From Hemiscyllium ocellatum (Eukaryota), in contig NW_026867677.1 of assembly GCF_020745735.1 (NCBI RefSeq), positions 1-64,000 of the forward strand: DNA of 64,000 nt, given 5' to 3'. Of this stretch, positions 20,691-33,690 are shown in pieces (within the stretch, counting starts at the first letter, position 1; every line of letters starts with the position of its first letter). The notes under the pieces were generated by a model that did no database searches, was not told the DNA's origin, and was given only the letters and a program-made list of their open reading frames with translations. The translations under genes were made by a program, and so were the position numbers.

Positions 20691-21929
20691 CATTGCGTAA
20701 AATAGATTGCCAGGTGGAGGGCACTCTGTCAGATGGGTAAGTATCCATTCACAGATACCCCCCACACCATTCCCCTTCCATTTTAATTGGGTCCACTCCC
20801 TCTCTTCCTCTGTCTTTGTTATCTGACCAGTGACCACGCCTCCCCTTCACCACCCCAGCAGGGAGCTGTGCTTATAACCCATCGTTTGTTTTAATTTGCT
20901 AACTGGGTGATGTGGTGGCGGGGCTTTCAAAAACAGGAAGCGCTGCATTCTTATCGCCCCTTGTGCTGATTTTGTTGTGTGCCTCCCTCAATATGGGCGA
21001 CACAGCACTGCTGCCTCACAGAGCCAGGGAACCAGATTCGACAGTCATACAGCCCAGAAATAGGCCCTTCGGCCCACCAAGTCTATGCCAACCACCACAC
21101 ACTAAACTACACTAATCCCATTTACCCGCAGTTGTCTGGAGCCTACTGTCTCCTGGAATTAAAATGCTCATCCAAATGTATTTTAAAGGTTGTGAGATTT
21201 TTAGCCTGCGCCACCCTCTCAGGCAGCATGTTCCACATAGCTACCACAAGCTGGGGCAAAACATACTTTCACCTTAATCTTATGACCCCTGGTCTTAAAC
21301 AGGTCTGGGTGAGGAGCGGAGGCTGCAGAACAGTGTGAGAGGTCAGGAGTGGAGAGAGGGAGAACAGTGTGGGGGTGAGGAATGGAGGCTGGAGCAGGAA
21401 GATGCTTGTGTTCTGGAAAGCAGCACAAATAGGGAAGAGATCCAAGATCTGGTGGGAATAGTCTCCATGCTTCCTAACAGTAGCTTTATGGTGGGAAAGA
21501 GAATAAATCAGGAGATAATAAGGGTCAGGAACAAAGGCTGCTCATTAATTACAAAGGAATAATTACAATTAATCATCATGTCAATTATTTATAGTCAGAT
21601 TTTTCTTTTTAATTCATTCACGGGATGAGGACATCACTGACCAGGACAGCATTTATTACCCACCCCTAATTGTCCCAGAGGGCAGTTAACAGTCATCCAC
21701 ATTGCTGTGGGATTGGATTCCCATGTAGGCCAGACCAGGGAAGGATGGCAGTTCCTTCCCTAAAGGACGTTAGTGAACCAGATGGGTTTTTTTGACAATC
21801 GACATTGATTCATGGTCATCATTGGACTTTTAATTGCAGATTTTTTTTTGTTCTTGAATTTAAATTCCCCCATCTGCCACGGTGGGATTTGAACCTGGGT
21901 CCCTGGAACTTCATTTGGGTCTCTGTGCA

Positions 21930-22400
21930 TTAATCACAGAAGGTTAGTGTGTAGGTACAGCAAGTCATCAGGAAAGCTCATAGAACGTTATGGTGTATTG
22001 TGAGGGGAAACTGAATGCAAGGCTTTATTGCAACATGCAAGATCCTGAGGGGCCTTGACCGGGTGGATGTGGAAAGGATGTTTCCTCTTGTGGGAGAATC
22101 CAGAACTAGAGATCACAGTTTAAAATTAAGGGAGAGTCCATTCAAAACAGAGATTCAGAAACATGTTTTTCCTCTTAGAGTTGTCAGTCTTTGGAATTCC
22201 CTTCCTTAAAAGGCATGCAGAATCTTTAGATATTTTTAAGGCCGAGGTGGATAGATCCTTGATGACTGAAGGGATGGAACATTATCGGAGAATGTAGAGT
22301 TGAGGTTAAAATCAGATCAACCACAATCTTATTGAATGGGGGAGCAGGTTCAAAGGGCCGAATGGCCTACTTTTTTTCTTTGCCCATGTGTGCCTCATAC
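21930..22400 (+). mobile_element. CR1 LINE 3' fragment
   Basis: KILRGLDRVDVERMFPLVGESRTRDHSLKLRESPFKTE...RVVSLWNSLP. Confidence 0.85.
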
Positions 22401-22617
22401 ACCTTCACACAATCGGAGATTGTCGTTTATATTTTCTACCTGCAGATTAAGCTGCTTGTGTAATCGGCCTCATCTGCACAGTGTTTCCTCCAGCCTTCCA
22501 CCGTGACATGTTAAAGATACTGGTCCTATAATCAATCCATTAACTCTCTGAGTTGGTTTACTTAAAACAATAAAACACATTACAAGTCATGAAACAAACA
22601 TTACAGCAAGCAATAAT

Positions 22618-22945
22618 GGGCAACACAAAGCCTCAGTAATTAACACAACTGCCTCACAGCGCCAGGGACTCACATCAGGCAGGTCTGTGTGGAGTCTGCA
22701 CATTCTCCCTGTGTCTGTGTGGGCTTCCCCCGCGTGCACTGGTTTCCTCCCACAGTCCAAAGATCTGCAGGCTGGTAAATTAGCCATGCTAAATTGCCCA
22801 GAGTGTACAGGGATGTGCAGGCTCGGTGGAGTAGCAATTGAAAAATACAGAGATAGGATAGGGGTCGAGGTGGAATGACCTTCAGAGGGGCAGTGTGGAC
22901 TCAATGGGCTGAATGGCCTATTTCAACACTATAGGGATTCTGTCA
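22618..22945 (+). mobile_element. HE1-like SINE
   Basis: GCCTCACAGCGCCAGGGAC...TGTGTGGAGTCTGCACATTCTCCC. Confidence 0.82.
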
Positions 22946-23509
22946 TACAAATGTAAGTTCCTTCTTTCCATTCTAGCCCTGAAGCATGCATGTGGTTCTG
23001 TCTCATACCCACTCAAGAGATGGCAACCCTTTGAAGACAGGAGCAGCCTCTATTCTTTTGGAAAGTACTTTTTCCACTCTGTGTCCTTCACAGCCTTGTA
23101 GACAGCAACAATGAGATCGGGAAATAACCCAAAGATATAATCTCCTGGACTCTTCATTAAACTGTGGAACCTGAAAAGTACAATTAATGTCCAAGTCAAT
23201 GAAGATATTTCTCAGCAATCCCTAAATGCTGAGTTTTAGTACTCAGCAGGCCCCAGGAGTCAAAATAACTGAGTAGATCATTGCTCTGAATTGCTCATAA
23301 ATTGCACCTTCACATTTCTGGAGGCTTTGATCAGAAAGGTTGCTTACTCCTCTCCAATATACAGCTTAAAATCAGCTCCAACTCCCAACCATCCAGCTGA
23401 GAGCGGGGCCCTGTACAAACTGGAACCTGGTCAGTGGGAGCACTGTCACCTCCGTCTCAGAAGCTTTGGGGAGTCTGTTTTGATCATCGAGTCCTTCAGC
23501 ACTGGAGGC

Positions 23510-25500
23510 TGTTCAGAGGATATTCCCCAGACTGATCCCAGGGATGAAAGTGCTGTCCCATGAGGAGCAGTTAAAGAGCTTGGGCTTGTACTCACTGGAG
23601 TTCAAAAGAATGAGGAGGGATCTGATTGAGGGATAGAAAATGTGAAAGGGGATTGATAAGGAGGACGTTGAATAGATGCTCCCCTTGTGGGACAGTCTGG
23701 AACAAGAGGTCATCGACATGGAGTGAGAGGAGGTCAGTTCAAAACTGAGATGAGGAGAAACTACTTCTCCCAGAGGGTTGTGAATCTGTGAAACTCAACG
23801 CCTCAGAGTGCACTGGAGACAGAATCAATCAACAGGTTCAAGAAAGATGTGTTTCTGATGAAAAGTGAGATAAAGAGCGATGGGGAGCAGGCAGGAGAGT
23901 GGAGTTGAGACCAGGATAAGATCAGCCACAGTCATGTTAAATGGCGGAGCGGGCTCGAAGGGCTGAATTGCCTCCTCCCGCTCCTAATTCCGATGTTGAA
24001 CACACAGTCAAGGCTGACACTGCAAAACTGAGGGAGCTGTTGTCTTTCAGGTGAGATACAAAACAGAGGTCCTGCCACAATATATCCAACTGTACTATCT
24101 TCCCCAGTGACAAGTGCTGGAATTTGAATTCAAATCACAAAGCAATCCTCATTAATGGTGACCACGATAATGATCCCTGAATGCTGTCCAGCCTCAGCCT
24201 TACCCAGTCTGGACTTCATGTGACTCCAGCCCCACAGCAATCTGGTTAACTCTAAGGTGCCTTCTGGGAGGCCACAGCAAGGCCAGCAGTTCAAGGGCAA
24301 TTAGTCTTGGGTAACAAATGCTGATCTATGCCAGTGACACCCACCTCCCAGAAAACAGAATGCAACAGAGATTGGTGTCAGCCAAAATTGTCAGATCAGA
24401 CTCCCAATGAGATGGGGAGATGGTTTAAGATGTATTCAGCTCAGTACGGAACAGATCCCCACTTGTTTACACATCATTGTTGACAAAATAAGTGAGAGAA
24501 AACAGAAAATGAAAGGTGAGAACACTCACATGTGGGAATATCAGTGAAAATTCAGGCAACTGAAAGAAGACATGAAGAACTGCAAAGGAAGACAAAAAGG
24601 AAGCGAATTACAGAAAAGTGATGGAGAAAGAGACCTGCAAGGGGTCACAAGAATAATACAAATGTTTTACTCGAAAATTAGAAAACCAAAGGGGCTCCAG
24701 TGCAATGTGAGTCCTTTAAAAACAAACTGGGAATTCCATGAATGAGCCTAAGGGAATGGCTGATATGTACAATAATTAGTTGTGTCAGTCTTCAAAGTCA
24801 ACCAATGACATAATGCAGCTTATATTCCAGGGAGGTCCTGCCACAATTGAAGACTGGAATTTGCAAAACTTGATACATGCCAGAAAACAGCATTGGAAAG
24901 CGAGCAGCTCTATAGGCTGACAGATCTTCAGGACCTCAGGAATTTAAAGGGAGGGGGAGGGGGGAGAAGTTTCAGAGGCTTTTCCCATCAGGTTCCAAAG
25001 CAGCAACCACTCCTTTAGTTTGGATAATATCCTGCTGTAACTCCACAGGTTCAAGAAAGATGAGAACGGGAACTGTGGAAATTACATTTTGGTCAATCTA
25101 ACATCTCTTTTGAGGGTTTCATTGGAATCTATAATTAACCGCCGAGAGAATGAACATGTAGAGAATTGGAAATAGCCCACATAGATTTGTGATGGGTAGG
25201 TTCTGACTAATGAACCAAATGCATAAACTAAATAGTCGATAGGGCAGCAAGTTCAGAAGTACTCGATAATTTCCCACAAAACAGTCTGCTGATCAAAGTC
25301 AAAAGCCATGGGATTGAAGATGAATGTTTGACTTGGTTTGGAGGCGGGTTTAGTGACAGACAACAGGGAAAGAAAGTGACATGTGGTGTTCCACAAGGAT
25401 TCTGTGGTGAGGCCTTAACTACTTACTGTATGTATGAATGAGAATCATAGTTCCACATTGACACAAAGACTGATGGAATAGTAAGCAGTGCAGATGGTCT
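23510..25500 (+). mobile_element. CR1 LINE fragments (younger 23510-24000, older 24500-25500) with small SINE pieces
   Basis: CR1 3' motifs GAGATGAGGAGAAACTACTTCTCCCAGAGGGTTGTGAATCTGTG and degraded RT-region sequence. Confidence 0.7.
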
Positions 25501-25584
25501 TTTTGTTTAAAACTCACTCTGAGGACATGGGTGTTGCTATCTGGGCCAGCGTTTATTACACATTCTGTGTTGTACTTGTGAATC

Positions 25585-27615
25585 ATGGAATCATCATACA
25601 GTGTAGAAGTTGGTCATTCAGCCCATCAAATCCACACCAACCCACAAAACAGCATCCCATCTGGACTGACTCCATTCCTGTACTGCAGCATTTCCTATGG
25701 CCAACTCACCCAGCCAACACATCCCTCAACACTATGTGCAATTTAGCATGGCTAATCCACCTAACCAACATATCTATGGACTGTGTGGAAGAAGCCCACA
25801 CAGACATGGTGAAAATGTGCAACCTCCACGCAGACAGTTGTCCCAGCGTGGATTTGAACCCAGGTCCCTGGTGCTGTGAGGTAGCAGCACAAACCACTGA
25901 CCTAGAATTCTGCCCTTTGCAAGGTGGTGGTGAGCTGCCTTCTTGAACCACTGCAGTCCACGTGCTGTAGATAAACCCACAATGCTCTTCGGGAGGGAAT
26001 TTCAGGATTTTCATCCAGTGACACTGGAGGAACAGTAATATATTTTCAAATCAAGATTCTATGTGGATTGGAGGGGAACCTGTTTTTGGTCGTGTTCTGT
26101 GTCCTTCTACATGGAAATGATTGTGGGTTTGGAAGGTGCTGTCTCAAGAGACTTGATGTGAATTCCCGCAGTGCATCTTGTAGATGGTGCACACGGCTGT
26201 TAATGAGCATCAGTGGTGGAGGGAATGGATGTTTATCGATGTGGTGCCAATCAAGCAGGCTGCTTTGTACTGGAAGATATCAAGCTTCTTGATTGTTTTT
26301 GGAGCTGCATCCATCCAGGCAAGTGGGGAGTAACCCATCACAGTCCTATCCAGAACTTAACTGATCTTTTGTTAATTCATTTACTGAATTGGGCATCACT
26401 TGCTATGTCAGCATTTCTTGCCCAGAATCAAGTGGGGTGGTACAGCACTGGGACCAATGTTTAATTCCATCCTCAGGCAACTGACTGTTCTCCCTGTGCA
26501 CGTTCTCCATGTGTCTGCTTGGGTTCCCTCCCGGTGATCTGGTTTCCTCCCACAGTCCACAAACATGCGGGTTGGGTGGAATGGTCATGGGAAATGCAAG
26601 GGGAGTGGGTCTGGGTGAGATGTTCTTTGGAGAAGCGGTTTGGGTTGATTGGCCTATTTCCACATTGTAGGGATTCTATGAATTTCTTCACTCAGAGGGT
26701 TTTGAATCTTTGGGATACTCATCGATACTTAGGCATTTGAATAAATTCAAGATAGAGATAATACACATGTGGGGAGGCAATGAATTAATGGTATCATCAC
26801 TAGATTCTTAATCACAAGAGCCAAGTAAGGTTCTGGGAGATCTGGGATCTGGGATCTGGGGCAGCATGGTGGTACAGTGGTTAGCACTGCTGCCTCATAG
26901 CACCAGAATCCCAGGTTCGACTTTAGCCTCGGGTGACTGCCTTTTATGGAGTTTGCACATTCTCCCTGTGTCTGCATGGGTTTCCTCCGGGTGTTCCGGT
27001 CTCCCCCACAGTCCAAAGATGTGCAGGTTAGGTGAATTGGTCACGCTAAATTGCCCATAGTCAGGGGTGAATATGGGGAATGAGTCTGGGTGGGTTACTC
27101 TTCGGAGGGTCGGGGTGGACTTGTTCGACGGAAGGGCCTGTTTACATACTGCAGGGAATCTAATCTAAATCCTAGCAATGTATGGAGTGGAATTTTAAAT
27201 CCAAAAAGACTCTGGAGTTAAGAGTCTAATGATGACCATTGTTGGGGGAGAACCCCATCGGGCCCACTAATATCCATCAGATTGCTGTCCTTGCCCATCC
27301 TGACTGACATATGACTCCAGATCCACAGCAATGTAGAATCATAGAATCCCTACTGTGTGGAAGAAGGCCATTCAGCCCATCAAGTACAAGCAGCATCTCA
27401 CCCAGAACCAGCCCCCTCTCCTAACCCTACACTTCCATGGCCAATCCAACTAACCTGCACATCTCTGGACTGAGAGAGGAAAATGAGGCACCCGGAGGAA
27501 ACCCATTCAGACACAGGGAGAACATACACATTCAACACAGACAGTTGTCTGAAGGTGGGATCAAACCCAGGACCCTGGCGCTGTGAGGTAGTGACGCCAG
27601 CCACTGTGCCACCCA
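25585..27615. mobile_element. Cluster of four HE1-like SINEs (25585-25900 -, 26440-26680 +, 26858-27168 +, 27335-27615 -)
   Basis: Each carries the HE1-like head and/or the GTGGAGTTTGCACATTCTCCC...CCCACAGTCCAAAGATGTG body. Confidence 0.82.
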
Positions 27616-28150
27616 TTCCTCATCTCTGATCAAAATGTGTAACCCCTTATTCCCAGACTGGGACTCTGCTTTAGAATCCCCAGGTAGGGGTTCATCCTTT
27701 CAAAATCTACCCTGTCAGGGCCCTGGAGAATTTGAAATGTTTCAGTGAAATCTCATCCCAGCCTTCTGAATTCTAGGGAATCCTGACCCAGTCCCCTCTC
27801 TCAACCATTAGATAATCCCTCAGCCCGTCACATGAACTGTGGCTGGGTTTGATCATCTCAGTAACAGTTTGAAGGAGGGAAGGAGAAAGAAAGACTCTTT
27901 CTGCTTTGAATCGATGCTAAAAACTGAAAAAGCAGGAAAATATTGTCACTAAGTATTGTTCACATACTCCTACTTTTCATCAAAGTGCTGGGTGAGGTTT
28001 CTTATGAATTTCAGGAGGTCACTGGTGGTGTCCTGATATTCTTTATTCCTGCCTTGTCTCTTGTTCATGTCATTGAGGAGAACGGAGTCAACCGAGAAGG
28101 AAATGAACAGCAGAGTTTGTTTTCCTCTTGATTAAATTCACCTTGCTTGC

Positions 28151-28262
28151 TCCTCTGATCACCTGAATAAGGGGCGAGGCTCTGAAAGATTATGTTTTCT
28201 AATAAACCTGCTGTTCTAATAAATCTGGTGTCGTATGATTTTTTACCTTGTCCTCTGATCAC
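28151..28262 (+). mobile_element. About 88-nt solo hammerhead-type tail flanked by a 12-bp direct repeat
   Basis: TCCTCTGATCAC at 28151-28162 and 28251-28262 brackets CTGAATA-AGGGGCGAGGCTCT-GAAAGATTATG...AATAAACCTG...CTGGTGTCGTATGATTTTTT. Confidence 0.7.
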
Positions 28263-29489
28263 ATTCAGGCTATGACTACGAGCACTGCATGTTCTTGCTT
28301 CTCCAAGCCAGGAGGTGGCGATCTTGACAATGGATTTGACAATGGTCTCCATCAGAGAGGACCCACAAATCAGGGACAGAGACCAGAGATTACAGGCCCC
28401 GCTCTTGCTCCCCAGTCCCAGACCCGAGCACAACGGGCCCACTGGAGTCCCGGGTACCGCTTGTTGCGTCCCGGACCCTGTACATAATACAAATGGGGCA
28501 ACTGATCCTTCTGATTTTTCCCAACCTCACCAGGTCTCCACAATCATTGAGATTCGTTAAATGCAACCTTTGCCAATTAAGGACCCTGACTGATGGGAAA
28601 CAGACTGAAATGGGTCAATAATACAGTGTTGGGGAGTTACAGACACAGATTGCCAAGTGGGAATCAGATGCTGTGGCTCTAACAGAGTTCGGGCGGGACT
28701 GGGGACTCCTGGATACAAAGTGTTCAGTAAAGATAGGAAAGAAGGAAAACTGCGGGAAGTGGTGGGATTGTTCTGGGCCCAGACAGGACTGACCAACCTT
28801 AGGCCCTGAGATATGATGGAGATGAAGGGTGGACTGTGCTGGGCTTTAACTCACTGTTACCAGAGTAAAACAGGAATTATCCATTTCACAAGAGAGTAAA
28901 TGGAACTAACATACCAGGTGCATGTGAAACACCCACCCCATCCCTGAGAGAGGGGGACAAGAACAGGGACATTCTCAGACAGAAAGGATGCTAAAAATGG
29001 TATCACCCCGAGAGTGAAGGGTGAGTGGAGACAGTGACAACGACTCCCCCCAGAGAGTGGGGAAAGTAACACTGACACATTTAAAACTGTATTATCACAA
29101 GTGAGAATTCAAACAGACACCCACTCTATCACACGGTGCTAAGATGCACTGTCCTCAGCAAAACACGTTTAAAAACTTCTTCACAACACGTCGGGGAGAG
29201 AAACATTGAAAACTGTATTATCACGAGTGAGAGTCCATTTGAAACAAAGACTATGATGTTAAATGTTCCCAGCCGTAAACAACACTGATGTATTGACGTC
29301 ATTATCTTATTAAACAATATTATTAACCTCGGTCAAACATTTTCCTGCAGACAGTGTATTTAAAATATCAAGAGGCTTTCCCCATTGTTGGTTTGATCAG
29401 TGACGTAGCAAGGAAGCAGCAGCAGCCCCATGAACTCCAACAAAAGAATGAGAACAGGCTCTTCATATGGAGCTGGCTCCCGAGAATCC

Positions 29490-30590
29490 AATTCAACAGC
29501 AGGGATCAAAGAACAAGGAGCAATACAGCACAGGAACAGGCCCTTCGGCCCTCCAAGCCTGTGCTGGCACATTGTGCCCTTCCTCACTGAAACTGTCTTC
29601 ACCTACAGGATTCATATCCCTATATTCCCTTCCTATTCATGCATTTGTGCAGGTATTTCTTGAATATTTCTATTATGTCTGCTTCCACCCCTTCCTCTGG
29701 CAGTGTGTTCCAGGTATTCAACTCCCTTTGTGTGAAATACTTGCCTCGCACATCTCTTTTTAATTCCCTCACCCTTTGAACCTCTGTTCCCAATAAGTGA
29801 CCCCTCCACCCTGGGGAAAAAAGCCTCATATTCTCCACTCTACATATCCCATTCACAACTTTATAAACTTCTATCAGGACACACCTCATTTTTCCGCATT
29901 CCAGTGAAAACAAACCTTGTCTAAACAACCTTTCTTCAGGACTGCTATCCGCCATACCAGACAATATCCTGGTAAACATTTTCTGCACCATCTTCAAAAC
30001 ATCCACATCCTTCTGGTAGTGTGGTGACCAGAACTGATGCAATATTCCAAGTGTGGCCTAACTAATGTTCGATAAAGCTGCAGCATAACTTGTCTATCCT
30101 TATAATCAATGCCCCTTCCAATGAAGGCAAGCAGGCCATAAGCCTTTTTTACTGCCTTACCTCCCCATGCTGCCACCTTCAGTGACCTGTGAACATACAC
30201 ACCCAGATCCCTCTGCATATCAATACTCCAAAGGATTCTGCCATTCACTGTATAATTCCCACCTGTCCATCACCTTTCAAAGTGCATCACCTCTCATTTG
30301 GCTGCATTAAACTACATCTGCCATTTTTCTGTCCATGCATCCAACTGATATAATATTCTGCTGTATCTTCCGACAATCCTTCTCATTATCTGCAACTCTA
30401 CCAATCTTTGTATCAACCGTAAACTTACTCATTGGACCAGCTACGCTTTGCTTCAAATCATTTATGGAGATCATGAACAGGAGAGTTGCCACCACTGATC
30501 CCTGTGGAACATCACTAGTCACAGCCCTCCATTCTGAAAACCGTTCTTCCAGCGTTACCCTTTGTCTCCTGTGACTCACCAAGTTCTGTG
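29490..30590 (-). mobile_element. CR1 LINE with RT core, inserted into module copy A
   Basis: SEWRAVTSDVPQGSVVATLLFMISINDL...MSKFTVDTKIG (GVPQGS/FADD region); absent from copies B and C. Confidence 0.88.
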
Positions 30591-31130
30591 CCCAGTGCTG
30601 GGAACATTTTAGACAAGACACCTTGTTGCCAGATCGTTACTGCAACTTGATCCAGTTCATTCAGAAAGAGACAAAGGACAATGTGCAGATTGTTGAACAG
30701 GCCCCTACACCTGGGCCTGAGGCAGGAGCCCAAGCTCCAACACACTGGCCTCACTTCACACCAACCTTCACACAGTGCGGGGTCATGAACTCCGGCCATC
30801 AATCCCTCTGGGACTGGGACGGAGTGAGGGAACAGGGACAATGTCAAAGTGTCAATAAGGAGTAAAGCAAGATGGAGAGAGTGTGTTGGAAAGTGTTTAA
30901 TGGAGGAAACATTCTTTGTGATACCGACAATACTGACATTGTCTACGTGTATCATCGAATGAAAAAAAAGCACAATCTGAAGACAATCTAAAGTCACATC
31001 AATGTATTTCTTTTTGATATATCACAGCATGCAGGGCATTTTCATTGTGGCATCCTGATTCAAGAGCTGTACTCTCTCAGATTGAGCCAGTTGGATCCCT
31101 GCAGACCCCCAGTTTATTTGTACTATTCAG

Positions 31131-31259
31131 TAATGTGGGGGTACCGATGGTGGACTGGGGTGCACCTGACGAAGGAGCAGCGCTTCAAAAACTTGTGATT
31201 TCAAATTAACCTGTTGAGCTAGAGCCTGGTGTTGTGTGACTTCTGACTTTGAATTGTGT
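31131..31259 (+). mobile_element. Penelope-type tail (inverted stub plus degenerate hammerhead unit) inserted next to the decayed CTCF copy
   Basis: CTGACGA-AGGAGCAGCGCTTC-AAAAAC at 31166-31192; the segment is missing from the paralogs at about 40045 and 53050. Confidence 0.78.
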
Positions 31260-31909
31260 GGGCACAATGAAGCAGCTGTCTTCCAGTAACTATAGAGTAC
31301 TTGCACTGCTGCTGAGGATTATGGGTAATGCCTCCTTCCATTAGCCACAAACAAACCTGCAGTCATTCAAGTGGATTCCAGTGGGAATGACCTGTCAACT
31401 GCTTCCCAGATATTACATGGTTCACCATCGCCATCTCCAGGACAATTTGAGAAGAGCAACAAATAACCGACACGTCAACGCCCACACCATCCCAGGAGAA
31501 ATCAAAATAAATGGCATACAATTCAAATGATCAAACTGGTGAGGCTTGAATTCATCTCTTTGAAAGACTGGAGTCTCGGCCAGAACCAGAGCCTTGAAAT
31601 GGGTGAACCTGGTTTGTCAGACTGCAAGGTGGTGAATCTGGTTTGTCAGACTGAAGGGTGGAGTGTCCTTCGGATTAGCAGTGGGATCAGCAAAAAAAAA
31701 TTATACGGAAAGATCTAACAAACAGCCATCAAAGCGTGCCATCAAAGTACAAAGATCAGTATTTGAAGCTCCACGTCTCCATCTCCATTCTTGTTTGTTG
31801 CTCTTCCAACGTGACTCCTTCCTGAAGTGCGTTGATTGAATGTTCTCGGATAAAGTAGTTCTGATCTGTGAGTGATCAGGGTTATGTTAAAGAGATATTG
31901 AGACGAAGG

Positions 31910-32290
31910 ACCGATGTCCTTTCGGGAAGGAAATCTGCCACCCTTACCTTGTCTGGTCTACACGTGACTCCAGACCCACAGCAATGAGGTTAACTGTTAA
32001 CCACCTTCTGTAATGGCCGAGCAAGGCCCTCCATTCTAACAATCGCTGGGAAGTCTCAGAAACAGAATGAAACCTGATGGGCCACCTGGCCTCGACCTTG
32101 GCACCGGAAACAACATCAAACACAGCCCTGTTGACCCTGTTGCATCCTCCTTACTAATATCTGCGGGCTAGTGTCAAATTCAGGAGAGCTGTCTCACAGA
32201 CTAGACTGACAAGCAACAGCCTGACACAGTCATATTCACATAATTATACCGAACAGTGTCCTAGGCACCACCTTCACCATCCCTTGTGTA
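31910..32290 (+). mobile_element. LINE fragment: SINE-shared tail-like block plus N-terminus of an APE endonuclease
   Basis: LLTNICGLVSNSGELSHRL...KQQPDTVIF resembles the start of a LINE APE domain. Confidence 0.55.
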
Positions 32291-32499
32291 GGTCCTGTCC
32301 CACCAGCAGGAAAGACTCAGCAGAGACGATGACACAGTGATATAGAGCCAGGAGGGAGTGACCCCTGGAAATCCTCAACATTGACTCCAGGCCTGATGAA
32401 GTCACATGGCATCAGGCCAGATATGGACAAGGAAACCAGTGGGTGTCTCATCAGCGGTAGGGATACAATTGGAGAAAATTCTGAAGGTCGAATGAATCT

Positions 32500-33690
32500 C
32501 CATATTGGGGTAGTCAACGCAGCTTTGTCAGAGGGAGTCATGCCCAACAAATCTTTTGGAATTTTGTCGAGAAGGTGACCAGTTGTGTGGATGAGGGAGG
32601 TGCAGGAGGTTTATATGAATTTCAGTAAGGCCTTTGACAAGGTTGTACTTGGGAGACTGATAAAGGAGATATACAAGGCTATGGGACCCAGGGTAACTTG
32701 GCAAGTTGGATCCAAACTTGGCTTTGTGACAGGTGACAGAAGGTGATGCTAGAAGGCTGTTTGTGTGACTGGGTCGAGGGTGCAGTGGGATATCACAGGG
32801 ATCAGTGTTGGGTCCCACATTGCTCGTGATATACAGGAACAATGGCGAAGGGAATGTGGAGGTGGATAATAACTGGGTTTGTGCTTGATGTGAAGATTGG
32901 TCAGGTGGTTGACAGTGAAGAAGAAGGTTTTCAGTTACAGCAGGATATAACCAGATTGGTCAGATGGGCAGATCTGAGGCAGATGGAATTTAAACCAGAT
33001 AAATGTGAGGTGATGCACTTTTGAAGATGTAAAATGCTAACAGGGCAGTTATGAAGGCGATCGGGGGGTACTTGCCTTAATCATTTTAGGTGCAGATTAA
33101 AAGAGCATGGAGGATATGTTAGAGCAATACAGAACAGTAGTTAGGCCATAGCTGGAGCATTGTGTGCAGTTGTAGTCTCCGCACTGCAGGAGGGATGTGA
33201 TTACACTAGAGGGGGTGCAGAGGAGATTCACCAGAATGTTCCCAGGGATGGAACATTTCAGATGTGAAGAGGATGAATAAGCTCCTGTTGTTTTCTTTGG
33301 AGCAGAGAAGGTTTGGGGAGTGGGGGGGATCCTGATGGAGGGGACAAGGTTATGAGGGGAATAGACAGGGTGATAGTAAATAGCTGTACCCCTGACCGGG
33401 AGGGTCAAGAACAAGTTGGCTCACATTCAATGTGAAAGGCAGCAGCTTTAGAGGGGATTTGAGGAAACGCTTTTTCACAGAGGGTGGGGGTCGGGAATGC
33501 CTGGGAGGAGAGTTGAGGTGGGAAACCTCACAACCTCCACAAAGTACTTGGATGAGCACCTGAAATGACTGAACATTTAGGATTATGGGCCCACTTCTGG
33601 AATGTGGGTGTTGTGTTGATTTAGTGTTGCGTTGGTGACATAGACCTGATGGGGCGAAGGGCCTCTTCTATTCTGTATGATTCTATGAAT
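32500..33690 (+). mobile_element. CR1 LINE RT-to-3' fragment directly upstream of orphan C2
   Basis: TTCAGTAAGGCCTTTGACAAGGT, CACAGGGATCAGTGTTGGGTCC, DVKIGQVVDSEEEGFQLQQDITRLVRWAD...MEFKPDKCEVMHF, tail ATTCTATGAATT. Confidence 0.85.

Larger units (their letters stand above)
28770..31740 (+). repeat. Distal downstream module, copy A (paralog of 38560-40200 plus 43650-44060, and inverted 51600-55110)
   Basis: Shared non-TE blocks such as CAGGCCCCTACACCTGGGCCTGAGGCAGGAGCCCAAGCTCCAACACACTGG (about 30700, 39615, and reverse at 53420-53480) and AAATGATCAAACTGGTGAGGCTTGAA (about 31525, 43790, and reverse at 51855). Confidence 0.9.

Noticed and set aside
26858-26935. tRNA-like A/B boxes at the heads of SINE copies
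   Set aside because: They continue into SINE bodies and lack a full cloverleaf; not tRNA genes.
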